From the IMG/VR virus record IMGVR_UViG_3300046471_000128, positions 32,001-96,000 of that record: 64,000 bases of DNA; one strand, written 5' to 3'. Of this stretch, positions 47,182-56,562 are shown piece by piece. The position numbers were made by a program, and so were the translations under genes. Each line of letters opens with the position of its first letter. Positions within the stretch are counted from its first letter, which is position 1. This DNA comes from a virus. The notes beneath the pieces were generated by a model. That model saw only the letters and a program-made list of their open reading frames with translations. It was not told the origin of the DNA and did no database searches.

Positions 47182-47468
47182 CGTTGGCTATCCTTCACCG
47201 CTGCGTCGAGCTCGCGCACGGCGGCCGCCAGCCCGCTGCTGCCCTCTTCTATCGCGCCCACGACCTTAATCGCGGCGGCGCGCAGGTTGTCCAGTTTGTC
47301 GCCCTGCTTGTTCATCTTCAGGACCGCATCGAACGGTGCTTCGGAAAGCTGCGCTTGGATGCCCTGATTGTTGAACTCGTTCGAGAGGAACGAGAACATG
47401 TCGAATTCCCGGTCCTGCCCGTAGTTCGTGTCGGCGGGGCGAATGAGGATGGTGTGAATCTTGGGCAT
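47178..47468 (-). CDS. Hypothetical protein
   Basis: After element 47484-47531. Confidence 0.6.
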   Translation of the reverse strand: MPKIHTILIRPADTNYGQDREFDMFSFLSNEFNNQGIQAQLSEAPFDAVLKMNKQGDKLDNLRAAAIKVVGAIEEGSSGLAAAVRELDAAVKDSQR

Positions 47469-47558
47469 GGTTGGTGTCCCGTGGTTGCGATGTGTTCAGT
47501 GTCCCGACCGATCGTTGGACCGGTCGCGGCTTTCGTTACGGGTGACTTATTCGCCCGC

Positions 47559-48071
47559 TTATTGCGCGCCCCCGAGCCCGATGGCGATCGAGATACGCTC
47601 GTCGGACACCAGCGCGCGAATCCGCTTGGCGACCATATCGGGCGTGACGAGCGGAATGCCGTCGTCAAACATGACATCTGGCTCGTCATCGTATGATTCC
47701 GCGTTGAACAGGTATTGAGCCCATGAGTCATTCAGACCGAAGAAGTTCTCGATGGCGGCCCAGCCCTCACGGCCCTCGTAAAATGGCTGCGCGTGCCGCG
47801 CGCCCCAGACCGGAACGACCAGCTTGAGCCCTTGGGATTGGAACTCGGGCATCAAGGCGGCGTGCCCGCACGCGCACGCGGCGGCACCACACTGCACCTT
47901 GACGGGATCGACCACGATGGACTTGGCACCACCGAGCAGCTGGACAACTTCTCCCGTGGAGGGCAGATCCGCAGGCGCTTTCAACCAGTGGTCGAGGTGG
48001 AATGCGGCGGGCGCTGCGAATGTCTGCTGCTCAAGCACAGTGGCGAGCAGCTCAAGGCGTTCGATGTTCAT
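47559..48071 (-). CDS. Hypothetical protein, CGxxAC family (paralog of 59570..59977)
   Basis: CGAAACACGHAALMPEFQSQGL. Confidence 0.7.
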   Translation of the reverse strand: MNIERLELLATVLEQQTFAAPAAFHLDHWLKAPADLPSTGEVVQLLGGAKSIVVDPVKVQCGAAACACGHAALMPEFQSQGLKLVVPVWGARHAQPFYEGREGWAAIENFFGLNDSWAQYLFNAESYDDEPDVMFDDGIPLVTPDMVAKRIRALVSDERISIAIGLGGAQ

Positions 48072-48099
48072 GTTTGTGTGTGTGGTTGGTTGCGACAGG

Positions 48100-48513
48100 T
48101 CAATTGTCGTGATCGTCTGCTGGCGTGTGCACGTCGGTGCGTGGATGGTTTTCGAAAATCTGCTGCGGCGTGCCGCGGTAGTCGTCGAAGCGGCTAATCT
48201 CGCGACGGCAGTCCGAGCAGTAGAAGGCGCGCATCGGGCGGTTCCACCACTTCACGTCCTCACCGCGCGTCTCACATGCCGTGACGTTGCACTTGCCGCC
48301 GAACTGGCCCTTGCCGGTCTGATCGATGTGCCCATACGGATCGTCGGGCAGCTCGCGCGGCGCACGGAGAACGTCCGCGACCGCCTGGATCTGTTCCCGC
48401 GACGGCATGCGGCCGCGCGCACCGGGATAGACGCGATTCAAGGACACGCGCTGCGTCGTGTTCAGGGACGGTGCCGTCTTCATGAGACGGCGTTCTTTCT
48501 TGGTCAGGTGCAT
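48100..48513 (-). CDS. Hypothetical protein with Cys cluster
   Basis: KGQFGGKCNVTAC..YCSDC. Confidence 0.6.
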   Translation of the reverse strand: MHLTKKERRLMKTAPSLNTTQRVSLNRVYPGARGRMPSREQIQAVADVLRAPRELPDDPYGHIDQTGKGQFGGKCNVTACETRGEDVKWWNRPMRAFYCSDCRREISRFDDYRGTPQQIFENHPRTDVHTPADDHDN

Positions 48514-48704
48514 CGAGCGCTCCATCCCCGCCCGTCGAATCCGAGCGAGTCGTCAAAGTAGTTATCGTCCACGAAGCGCACAGCGGCGAACCACTGCGCG
48601 TCCGATTCGAGGTGGACCGTGTTGCCGAAGTCATCGACCGTCGTGCCGCTTAGCGCGATGGCGAACGGCATGGGTCGTGCGGAATTGAAGTGAATCAGGC
48701 GCAT
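48504..48704 (-). CDS. Hypothetical protein
   Basis: GGAG RBS; coupled ORF. Confidence 0.45.
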   Translation of the reverse strand: MRLIHFNSARPMPFAIALSGTTVDDFGNTVHLESDAQWFAAVRFVDDNYFDDSLGFDGRGWSARCT

Positions 48705-49009
48705 GGCGCGCTCCAGTTGATGTTGGAGTAGCCCTCGCCGAACATCGCGACCAGGCGGTCGTGTTGCTCTTCGTCGAGCGGCAGCTTCCAGCGCATCACC
48801 GCCGTCAGATAAATCTCCTGCGCGTTCTCGGTCATTTCCTCGAAGCACGAACCCATGCTCGGGCGGAACTGGATTCGATGGAGCTGCACGCCGCACGACT
48901 CGCGGCGGCGCTGATTGCTCGGGCGCTCCCGCAACCAGCCGCCCATGTTGTAGTCCGACTCGAGGATCGAGTAGGCTTCGCAGATGTCAAAGCGATCCCA
49001 AGTCGCCAT
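48695..49009 (-). CDS. Hypothetical protein
   Basis: MATWDRFDICEAY; TGATG overlap with upstream gene. Confidence 0.6.
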   Translation of the reverse strand: MATWDRFDICEAYSILESDYNMGGWLRERPSNQRRRESCGVQLHRIQFRPSMGSCFEEMTENAQEIYLTAVMRWKLPLDEEQHDRLVAMFGEGYSNINWSAPCA

Positions 49010-49341
49010 CAGAGCGTCTCCCACTTCGTGTCGCCAACCTTCCGATACTGCATGGTCGTGCAGCCCGCGTGCCCTTCGGCCCAATCGAGCGGCTCGAACG
49101 CCGTTTCTTGAATAGCGTCGTGCAGGTCAACACAGCGGCCCGTGTAGTAGAGCTCGGCGTCGTCATCGAGCAACTGGAACTCGAAGTTGAAGCGCTCGCT
49201 GTGGAGCGTGATGAATTGGTCAACCGCGTCGCGGCGCCGCAGCGGATCGCGGATCGCAACCAGCGGCGAGTTGCGGTTGTCGTAGCGGCCCGTGCCCACC
49301 TGGCCGTCGGAGATGTGGTCCTTTGTGATGATCCACTGCAT
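49009..49341 (-). CDS. Hypothetical protein
   Basis: MQWIITKDH..FQLLDDDAELYYTG..AGCT; after element 49360-49408. Confidence 0.65.
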   Translation of the reverse strand: MQWIITKDHISDGQVGTGRYDNRNSPLVAIRDPLRRRDAVDQFITLHSERFNFEFQLLDDDAELYYTGRCVDLHDAIQETAFEPLDWAEGHAGCTTMQYRKVGDTKWETL

Positions 49342-49407
49342 GTTGCGCTCCCTGTGCGCGTTGTCGATATGAAGATTGTCCCGACCGGGCATTGGCGCCC
49401 GGTTGGA

Positions 49408-49614
49408 TTAGTCACTGCCCCACTTGCGATCCTCTGCGATCTCCGCGAGGGCCATCTCCTGCACGCGATCAAGATCGGCTTGCAGGGCGCGACGCCGGCG
49501 ACGGGCGCGCAGGATCATGCGCAAGATGTTCTTGGCGTGGGCCTCAGTCATATCGTCAACCGCGATGCGACGGCCGTCTTGACAGCGCCAGATTTCGTCG
49601 GGTGGCGTGCTCAT
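49408..49614 (-). CDS. Hypothetical protein
   Basis: WRCQDGRRIAVDDMTEAHAKNILRM. Confidence 0.6.
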   Translation of the reverse strand: MSTPPDEIWRCQDGRRIAVDDMTEAHAKNILRMILRARRRRRALQADLDRVQEMALAEIAEDRKWGSD

Positions 49615-50084
49615 GCCGGCACGCTGACGGGCCAATGCCATTCGCCCGAGGTCACCGCGGCGGGATTCGGGGCGTTCCGCTCATTCTTGAGAATGTCGCG
49701 CATCCTGTCGCCGAAGCTGAAAAGGCTATAGGCGCGGTTCGACAGGAAGTCGAAGTCGCTCTGGATCACGCGGGCGACGCCGATCTCCAACCCTGTCATG
49801 GCTTCGAAGTTTTCAGGACCGATCGCGTGCGCCAGCCCGTGAACGTCCAGTCTGTTGTAGCGGGCGTTCACGATTTGATCCAACTGCTCATCGGTGAAGA
49901 ACGTGCCGATCGCGCACACGCACGTCGAAATGGTTGGGGTGACCCGGGCGCTGCGATAGCGCCCGTGTGCCCGGGTGCCGATGCGGCCCGTCGAGAGGTC
50001 GTGCAGGATCTTCTTGATGGCGTCGTGACGCGTGGCGGGCACGACGAAACCATTGACGCGGATCAGGTTGTAAGGACGGGTCAT
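49611..50084 (-). CDS. Hypothetical protein
   Basis: Coupled ORF with CAIG motif. Confidence 0.6.
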   Translation of the reverse strand: MTRPYNLIRVNGFVVPATRHDAIKKILHDLSTGRIGTRAHGRYRSARVTPTISTCVCAIGTFFTDEQLDQIVNARYNRLDVHGLAHAIGPENFEAMTGLEIGVARVIQSDFDFLSNRAYSLFSFGDRMRDILKNERNAPNPAAVTSGEWHWPVSVPA

Positions 50085-50275
50085 TGCTGTCTCATGTTCA
50101 GACTGTTCGATGACGGGAGCACGTAGCCCCCGAGCTTTTCCATTGCCTTGTAGGCGTCGTCGGACGTGTGGAACCGCTCGACCGAGGTGAGGCGCCCGGG
50201 CGCGTCATCGACGCGCGTCCACAGCGTGTCGTGCCACAGGGGCATCGGGTTCTGCTGCTGGTGCCAGGTGCTCAT
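50081..50275 (-). CDS. Hypothetical protein
   Basis: Coupled ORF from ATG 50275. Confidence 0.5.
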   Translation of the reverse strand: MSTWHQQQNPMPLWHDTLWTRVDDAPGRLTSVERFHTSDDAYKAMEKLGGYVLPSSNSLNMRQQ

Positions 50276-50511
50276 GTGCCACCCGACTTGAACGACCAGC
50301 AGGACCAGCCCTTGCCGTCGGTCATCTGCACGATCACGCGGCCCGCATCGGCGCGCGTGAACGCGTAGCTCCGATGGTTGTGCCCGAGGTAGTGCAGCCG
50401 CGTCGCGCCCGCGTCGTCGGCTTCGACCTCGAACTCTTGGTGGAAGGTGGTCGAATAGCCACCCCATGCGTTGCGCGCGACGACGCGCGTCGGCTCGGTG
50501 AGCTTTCTCAT
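50272..50511 (-). CDS. Hypothetical protein
   Basis: Coupled ORF. Confidence 0.55.
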   Translation of the reverse strand: MRKLTEPTRVVARNAWGGYSTTFHQEFEVEADDAGATRLHYLGHNHRSYAFTRADAGRVIVQMTDGKGWSCWSFKSGGT

Positions 50512-51053
50512 GCCGTCTCCTTCTGCTTGCCGCGCTTCTTGAGAGTGTCGGCGACCAGATCCCCGATCACGTCGAGGAAGCGCGCGCCCTGCTTCGGATC
50601 GAGTTGCGGCAGCCCGAAGATCCCGTCCGCGAGCAGGTCACCGTCGCGGTCGCGCGGCCCTTGGTTGAACGTGCGCTCAGCGAACACCGTGCGAATGCCC
50701 GATGCGACCAGCACCCGGCGCGCGAACTCGGCGAAGTTGTTGTCGGGCACATAGCCGAGCTCGAGCTCCATCTTCTTGAGCTTGCGGGCAATGCCGGTCA
50801 TCACCTTCATCGTGGCTTCGAGCTCGTCCATCTCGACGTAAGGACCGGGCTCGCGCATGGCGAACTTGGTGGCGTAGCTGTAGTCCCATTCACCGTTGAC
50901 CGAGGTGCGGATCACAAGGTCGGTGGAGAAGAGATACCCTTGCGCGCTCTTGACCAGGCGGCGCAGCTGGATCTCGATGTGTGCGTAGCCCGGCGTGCTC
51001 TCACGAGCGCAGGCGTAGGCATACGGGGCATCGTTCTTAGCGGTCGGAAACAT
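50508..51053 (-). CDS. Hypothetical protein
   Basis: ATG 51053 after element 51071-51118. Confidence 0.65.
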   Translation of the reverse strand: MFPTAKNDAPYAYACARESTPGYAHIEIQLRRLVKSAQGYLFSTDLVIRTSVNGEWDYSYATKFAMREPGPYVEMDELEATMKVMTGIARKLKKMELELGYVPDNNFAEFARRVLVASGIRTVFAERTFNQGPRDRDGDLLADGIFGLPQLDPKQGARFLDVIGDLVADTLKKRGKQKETA

Positions 51054-51419
51054 GGTCGTTTCTCTGTGTGGTTGCGATGAATTCATTTTCCCGAGCGCCC
51101 GTAGGCGCATCGGTGGACTTATTTCGCATGGGTTTTACTGGCTGGTTGCGGTGAAGTAAATTGTGCTCGCGCCCCTTTGGCAAGCTAAGTTACCGCTTAT
51201 TTATCCATTATAGCCACGCGGAAAGATCGGGCGCGTGAAAACGTGCAAGATGTTGCGCGATTTGTGCAACTTTTTACCGGGGGTGCCGAACCCTTGCCTA
51301 CCCGTAGATAGACGGTCGGTGCTGTGGGAAGGGTAATTTTGGGCGCGGTGGCCCGCCCGAGGGCGCCGTGGCAGCGCGCGGGCACGAACAAAGCGGGCCG
51401 AAGCCCGCTTCGCTGACGG

Positions 51420-52505
51420 TCATTCAGCCGCCGTCGTTTCTTCCGCCGTCACTTCTTCGACGACCGGCTCTTCAACCGTCGGCTCTTCAACCGTCGGCTC
51501 TTCAACCGTCGGCTCGACGGTCGGTTCTTCCGCAACCGGTTCTTCGGGCAGCGGTTCGCTTGCCGGGTTCATCGCTTGCTGCGCCATCATGAGGAACAGC
51601 GAGTTCGGGTTGGGAACAAATTCGCCCTTGCCCGTCTGGACGATCATCTTCGTCTTCTCCATCACCGTCACCGTGTTGCGGCCCATCGCGCGCGCAGCGC
51701 TCGGGCTATACGGCTTGCTCAGCAGGTTCTTGTGGAGGTTCCCGTTGTCGCCCGTCTGGATCTTCCCGTCGGCGGCGAGCACGTCGAGGGCACGCTTGAA
51801 AATCTCGTTCGGCTTGTTCGTTTTGCCCGACAACCAGTCCATCAGGAGCGAGGCGCGATTCTTGACCTTGACGGACATCGCGTCGATCACCGCGAGCGTC
51901 TCGTCCTGCTTCGCTTTCAGCGCATCGCCCTCCAGCCCAGCGTCAGCGATCTCCAGCACGAGGTAGTCACCGAGCGACGCACCCAGGCGCGCTACGATGC
52001 GATCCGTCTTGTTCTGGTAGTGCGTGCGCGGGGCGCGGACCTTCTTCGCTGCTGCGGCGGTGGGCTCTGCTGCGCTCATTTCGGTCGCAAGCGCTTCTTC
52101 GGCGAGCAGACGCTCTTTCTCGGCTTCTTCGTCCGTGACGCCCTCGTGGGCAGGCGCATCAGCGGGCACCAGCGCGTAGGCTTCTTGCACTTCGATGTTG
52201 GCGAGCGCAGCTTCGAGCGCTTCCCCGTGCGCTTCTTCGGACGGGAGTGCGGACTCGGCTGCGACTTCGAGCAACGGCGGCACGTCGAGAACTTCGACCG
52301 TCCCGGAGTCGAGCAGGACTTCTTCGCTCGATTCGACCAGTGCGGCGACCGACGCTTCGAACGTCTCGACCGGCGCTGCGCCCATGTTCGGCTCGCCCAG
52401 CACATCGAGGAGCGCTGCGAGTTCGGGGTCCATCGGGGCTGCTTCGCTCGCGCCCAGCATGTTGATGTTGAGGACGGCTGCGACTGCGTTTTTCTTGGCG
52501 TTCAT
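51420..52505 (-). CDS. Acidic protein with wHTH-like core and EEPTV repeats
   Basis: AGGAGAG RBS before ATG 52505; two promoter elements upstream; tandem 15-bp repeats at 51460-51530. Confidence 0.75.
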   Translation of the reverse strand: MNAKKNAVAAVLNINMLGASEAAPMDPELAALLDVLGEPNMGAAPVETFEASVAALVESSEEVLLDSGTVEVLDVPPLLEVAAESALPSEEAHGEALEAALANIEVQEAYALVPADAPAHEGVTDEEAEKERLLAEEALATEMSAAEPTAAAAKKVRAPRTHYQNKTDRIVARLGASLGDYLVLEIADAGLEGDALKAKQDETLAVIDAMSVKVKNRASLLMDWLSGKTNKPNEIFKRALDVLAADGKIQTGDNGNLHKNLLSKPYSPSAARAMGRNTVTVMEKTKMIVQTGKGEFVPNPNSLFLMMAQQAMNPASEPLPEEPVAEEPTVEPTVEEPTVEEPTVEEPVVEEVTAEETTAAE

Positions 52506-52803
52506 GATGCTCTCCTGAGTGAGATTGGGTAACGCGTTCATCGCGTCAGATTCAATTTTGTCGATCAGGTAGAGGCGCGTATCGCATGAGTCAGGATCGT
52601 TTCTCTGCCCGGTCTGGGTGTCGTGCACTGCATCGACTAGAGAAATTCTAGGGAGCGGGTTGTGGCGTAAATCCTGTGCGTTTGGATATGTGCTTGCTAG
52701 AAAGAAAGGTGCGCGCGCCCGCGCGAATAGCACCGGGCTTCTGGCTCGGGCCCGGAAAATAGAAAGGGCGCCCGAAGGCGCCCTGTCATGGGGTTGGAGG
52801 CTA

Positions 52804-53055
52804 TCACCAGCTACCCGCCAATTCGCTGCCAATCTCCGCGATCCGTGCCCGCGACTTGCGGTCGTCCACTTCCTCACTTGAGTTCTGGTAAAGGGCTTCG
52901 GCGACGTTCGAACGGATCACGGCCGTCACCCCGGGCATCTCCGCGCACACGAAGCGCTCGGCGGCGTAGTGACTCAGTTCTCGCTCCTCTGCGGCGAGCC
53001 ATGCGAAGAAGGCGTCCCGCATCGTCGCTGCCAATTCATCGCACTCCGTCATCAC
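52804..53055 (-). CDS. Hypothetical protein
   Basis: Coupled ORF ending LAGSW, as does its neighbour. Confidence 0.5.
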   Translation of the reverse strand: MMTECDELAATMRDAFFAWLAAEERELSHYAAERFVCAEMPGVTAVIRSNVAEALYQNSSEEVDDRKSRARIAEIGSELAGSW

Positions 53056-53528
53056 CAGCTCCCCGCCAGGTCTGCAATGTCCTCGTCCATCCCGCGTGTG
53101 TCGGGCACATCGGGCGGGGGTGGCACGAGAATGTTGCCCTTCTCGACGAACTGGCGCCCGCTCTCACCCCTGCTTGAGGGCAGCCATTCGCAGTCGGCGT
53201 AGCGCACGAGGATGTCCTCGTAGGCGTCGATCGCCTCCTGCTCGGTGCGAAACTCGCGCGTCGCCTGCGGATCGGGTGAGCGCCGCGGTGCGTCGAGCGG
53301 ACGGCCCTCGCCATCGGTCGTGACGATGTTCTCGACGTCCAGACGGTAGAGCTTCCAGTGCTGCTTCGGAATCGTTTTGGCGTTCTTCTGGAAGCCAAGC
53401 CACTCGCAGGTGACGCGGATCTTTTCGTTCTCGAACTCCCGGAAGAACCGGTAGGCGTGATTTTTTTGCAGCGCTACCCACGCTGCCTGCGTGATCGAGC
53501 CGCCATCTCTGTTGACGAATGCGAGCAT
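53052..53528 (-). CDS. Hypothetical protein
   Basis: AGGA RBS; phage codon usage. Confidence 0.65.
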   Translation of the reverse strand: MLAFVNRDGGSITQAAWVALQKNHAYRFFREFENEKIRVTCEWLGFQKNAKTIPKQHWKLYRLDVENIVTTDGEGRPLDAPRRSPDPQATREFRTEQEAIDAYEDILVRYADCEWLPSSRGESGRQFVEKGNILVPPPPDVPDTRGMDEDIADLAGSW

Positions 53529-53531
53529 GTC

Positions 53532-53699
53532 CTACTCCTGAAAGACGTTGAATCGCTGTCCACAGGCCGGCCGCAGACATTGCTCTTCGGTGTGATCCTC
53601 ATGGGACGCGAGCCAGTCGGTGCGCGCGCCACAAAACGAGCAGGTTGTCGGCTGCTCGTCGGCGATAAGGTTGATCGGTGGTTCGTTTTCTCGGCTCAT
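53532..53699 (-). CDS. Small zinc-ribbon protein (55 aa)
   Basis: PTTCSFCGART..QCLRPACG; ATGA overlap. Confidence 0.55.
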   Translation of the reverse strand: MSRENEPPINLIADEQPTTCSFCGARTDWLASHEDHTEEQCLRPACGQRFNVFQE

Positions 53700-54046
53700 A
53701 GTCCTTTGGCGAACGTGACGGGCACGCCCGCTTCCTTTGCTTGTCCCACCATGTTGAGGGTGCCCCGTCCACCGGGCAGCGCGAACACATGGTCGGGTTT
53801 GCCCTCGCGGAGCATCTGCGCATTGCGTGTCGGCCCAGCGGCGTTACGCAAGCGCGACCAGTCGGCGGGGAACCGCACAAATTCGATTCCCCGCGCGACT
53901 GCCCATTCTTCCCCGATGGTGTCGGCACCGCGCGCTGCACCGTGGATCACGAGGGTCACGGTGTGCGCACGGGCGAACCGATCGAGCTTGGCGAACGCCC
54001 ACTCCCGCTCGTCGAAGTCTCGGCCGCCGCAGATCAGTAGACGCAT
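53696..54046 (-). CDS. SLOG family (DUF2493/YspA-like) nucleotide-binding protein
   Basis: MRLLICGGRDF..VIHGAARGAD..AGPTRNAQML..PGGRGT. Confidence 0.85.
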   Translation of the reverse strand: MRLLICGGRDFDEREWAFAKLDRFARAHTVTLVIHGAARGADTIGEEWAVARGIEFVRFPADWSRLRNAAGPTRNAQMLREGKPDHVFALPGGRGTLNMVGQAKEAGVPVTFAKGL

Positions 54047-54055
54047 GGTCGCTCC

Positions 54056-54607
54056 TTACTTCGCCGCGACGCGCAGGCTCGGCGGCTGCTCGCCCACCGT
54101 GCCCGACGGATCGATCTGCGCCATCGCCTCGCCCTTCACGAGCCGGTGGCGCGTGAGGATGATGCGGACCTTCGGATCGACTTCGGCCAGGATCTCGAGC
54201 GCGGCGGCGCGCAGCTCGGCGGCGTTAGCCGGGTCCGATGCAGCGGCTTGCTGGACGCGCTCGAACGTGCGCAGGAATCGGCAGGTGTCGTCGAACTTCG
54301 GCGCACCGCCCGATACCGAGAAGCCCGGCCCGCCTACCGCGACCCCAGCCGTCCCGCCGCAATAGTCCGACGAGAACGAGCCCGCGAACCCGCTGACGAC
54401 CGCCTGACCCGTCGTGCGCGCGGTGTAGGAGCCAGAGTAGTGCTGGTCGCCCGGATTGTTGAACACGATCTGCTGCGCATTCCCGGCGTTGTTCGCGCCC
54501 GCAGTGGATGCGGTGCTCGCCAAGCTGGTCGAGTCCACTGCGGTCTGTGCGTGTGCCGAGACAGCGGCGACCAGGAGCAGCGATGCAAAGACTGCCTTTA
54601 GTTTCAT
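54056..54607 (-). CDS. Exported protein with paired Cys
   Basis: Signal peptide ending AHA-Q; SSDYCGG..DDTCR. Confidence 0.7.
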   Translation of the reverse strand: MKLKAVFASLLLVAAVSAHAQTAVDSTSLASTASTAGANNAGNAQQIVFNNPGDQHYSGSYTARTTGQAVVSGFAGSFSSDYCGGTAGVAVGGPGFSVSGGAPKFDDTCRFLRTFERVQQAAASDPANAAELRAAALEILAEVDPKVRIILTRHRLVKGEAMAQIDPSGTVGEQPPSLRVAAK

Positions 54608-54684
54608 GGAATCAAGCTCCTCAAAAAGATTGCCCCGGCCGAAGCCGGGGCTCTTGTTATGTGACGGCCCCCTTCGCGCTGCTC

Positions 54685-55167
54685 TTAGAAGCGCGTGCTA
54701 CCGATCGCTGCGACGCCGCCGATGCCCGCGACACCACCGACTGCCGTCGCACCGAAGGTGGCACCGACCGCGGCCGCGTTGTCGACCTTGCCGAAGCCGG
54801 TCGTGCCGTTCACGATCGAGTCGCCGTCCTTCCCCGGAGCGTTGCCGGTCGTGGTCCCGTAGCTGTGGATCTCCGACAGCTGCGAGGTTTGGCTGCCCAC
54901 CGTCGCACCGTGCAGGTTGATGTTGCCGCCGACGCTCGCGCTGCCCTGCGAGAGTCCGTCGGTGTGCTGGAACGACGTGCCGTTGCCGATCACCTCGGTC
55001 GTGCTGATGGCGTTGCCCGTGCTGATGCTCGACGCGCTGCCGTTGATCGTGCCGCCGTAGGTGTTTGCGAAGCCGCCGACGACTGCGCCGCCGCCTACTG
55101 CTGCACCACTTGCGAAAGCTGCCGATGCGCCCAATGCCAGGATTGCTGCGATGATGGTCTTTTTCAT
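54685..55167 (-). CDS. Exported Gly/Ser/Thr-rich protein
   Basis: Signal peptide MKKTIIAAILALGASAAFA; GAGGAG RBS; low-complexity beta-rich body. Confidence 0.75.
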   Translation of the reverse strand: MKKTIIAAILALGASAAFASGAAVGGGAVVGGFANTYGGTINGSASSISTGNAISTTEVIGNGTSFQHTDGLSQGSASVGGNINLHGATVGSQTSQLSEIHSYGTTTGNAPGKDGDSIVNGTTGFGKVDNAAAVGATFGATAVGGVAGIGGVAAIGSTRF

Positions 55168-55321
55168 GTTTTAGAACTCCTCAATTTGTATGTCCGGAAC
55201 CCGCCGGACGCGGTTTGTTTAAACCTGCCCGGTATCGCTTCGTTTTCTGCGTTGCGTTACCGTATTAGTATTCTGACTTGCGATTCTTGGCGTCGTTTTG
55301 GATCATTGCGACGCGTTCAAA

Positions 55322-55579
55322 TCACGTCAGGATCGGGACCGGCGCGTTCATGATGCGCACGGCGGTCGGATCGTAGATTGCGCCACCCTTGATGTCATGG
55401 TCGATCGGGCCGAACTGGACCTGGAGCGCGACCGTGTTCTTCAGCAGCTTCTTCGCGTCCTCTTCGCACTGGAGATAGATGCGCTCCGCAAGCTTCTTGT
55501 TGCCGTCGGTGAGCGCCGCATGCAGCTGGCTCCCCGGCGCGGCCCATGTGTCCTTGTATCGGATGCATCTGCGGTTCAT
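55322..55579 (-). CDS. Hypothetical protein
   Basis: ATG 55579 with AAGGA RBS. Confidence 0.55.
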   Translation of the reverse strand: MNRRCIRYKDTWAAPGSQLHAALTDGNKKLAERIYLQCEEDAKKLLKNTVALQVQFGPIDHDIKGGAIYDPTAVRIMNAPVPILT

Positions 55580-55770
55580 TCCTTCTCCTTTGTTACGGCG
55601 GGCACCCACTCGTAGCGGGGTTTCCCGCCCGTGCAGTCCCACCCGATGATGTTCCCGTGAAAGTCTCGGACCCTCTTGAACTTTCGAACGTGCACCACGC
55701 CACCGATCAGCTTCCGATCGCCGACCTGTGGCTTCGGCCGGCGCGGCGCGGTCGTGATGGTGATCCTCAC
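55576..55770 (-). CDS. Hypothetical protein
   Basis: Coupled ORF. Confidence 0.5.
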   Translation of the reverse strand: MRITITTAPRRPKPQVGDRKLIGGVVHVRKFKRVRDFHGNIIGWDCTGGKPRYEWVPAVTKEKE

Positions 55771-56057
55771 CGCGGCACCCCGCGCGCGGCACGCACTTTC
55801 GCGACGAGACGCTCGGCCTCGTCCGAAAGACAGCCGAGCTCCTTCAGCCGCGTGGTGAAGAACTCATCCACCGCTTTAAGCGCCTCGCCCTGCACCTCCG
55901 CGTGCATCAGGAGCCGCCGCACGTCGCGCTGTGGATCGCCTTTCCCGCCCAGATAGGCGAGCTTGTTGAGGTGCTCGATCTCGGCGTCGGTCAGGACTTT
56001 AGGCACGCGTATCTCCCACGGTGGCTGCGAGGTGCGCTTCATATGCTTCTGCGCCAT
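55767..56057 (-). CDS. Hypothetical protein
   Basis: GGAG RBS before ATG 56057. Confidence 0.55.
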   Translation of the reverse strand: MAQKHMKRTSQPPWEIRVPKVLTDAEIEHLNKLAYLGGKGDPQRDVRRLLMHAEVQGEALKAVDEFFTTRLKELGCLSDEAERLVAKVRAARGVPR

Positions 56058-56562
56058 CGAACTCCGGCGAGCCGGGCTGTGTTGCCGGGTCATACGCCCC
56101 GTCTACGGTGGCCGTCATGAGCGCCCACGCTTCGGTGAACGCTCGGTATTCCGGAAATTGCGAGGTGTCCACGTCGAAGACGCGGCGCATGAAGATCGCT
56201 GCGCCCTCATTGCCGAGCCGGTGCTTGTCAGCGGCGTTGGTGCCCGCATCGACCACCGCCATCGCGATGTTGCAGTGCCAGGACCACGCATACGCGTCGC
56301 CACCTTTGAGGGCGGCCTTCAACGCGTCGAGTGCCGCAGGCGCCTGCTGGGCTTCGTGGAGCTTCACCAGCAGGTGGCCCACGAGATCGATCAGATCGGA
56401 CTTCGCGTGACGCTCACCCACGAGAATCGCGGCCGCGTCGAACGCCGGGTAGTGCGGGAAAAGGTTCACGCCGCTCGGGTGCGACGCCAAAATCGTCTCT
56501 TGATCGACGTAAAATTGCTGAGCCCGCGGCGCGAGGTGATGCTTGTGATTCGGAATGGTCAT
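55999..56562 (-). CDS. Hypothetical protein
   Basis: YAWSWHCNIAMAVVDAG..FMRRVFDVDTS; after element 56594-56627. Confidence 0.65.
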   Translation of the reverse strand: MTIPNHKHHLAPRAQQFYVDQETILASHPSGVNLFPHYPAFDAAAILVGERHAKSDLIDLVGHLLVKLHEAQQAPAALDALKAALKGGDAYAWSWHCNIAMAVVDAGTNAADKHRLGNEGAAIFMRRVFDVDTSQFPEYRAFTEAWALMTATVDGAYDPATQPGSPEFDGAEAYEAHLAATVGDTRA

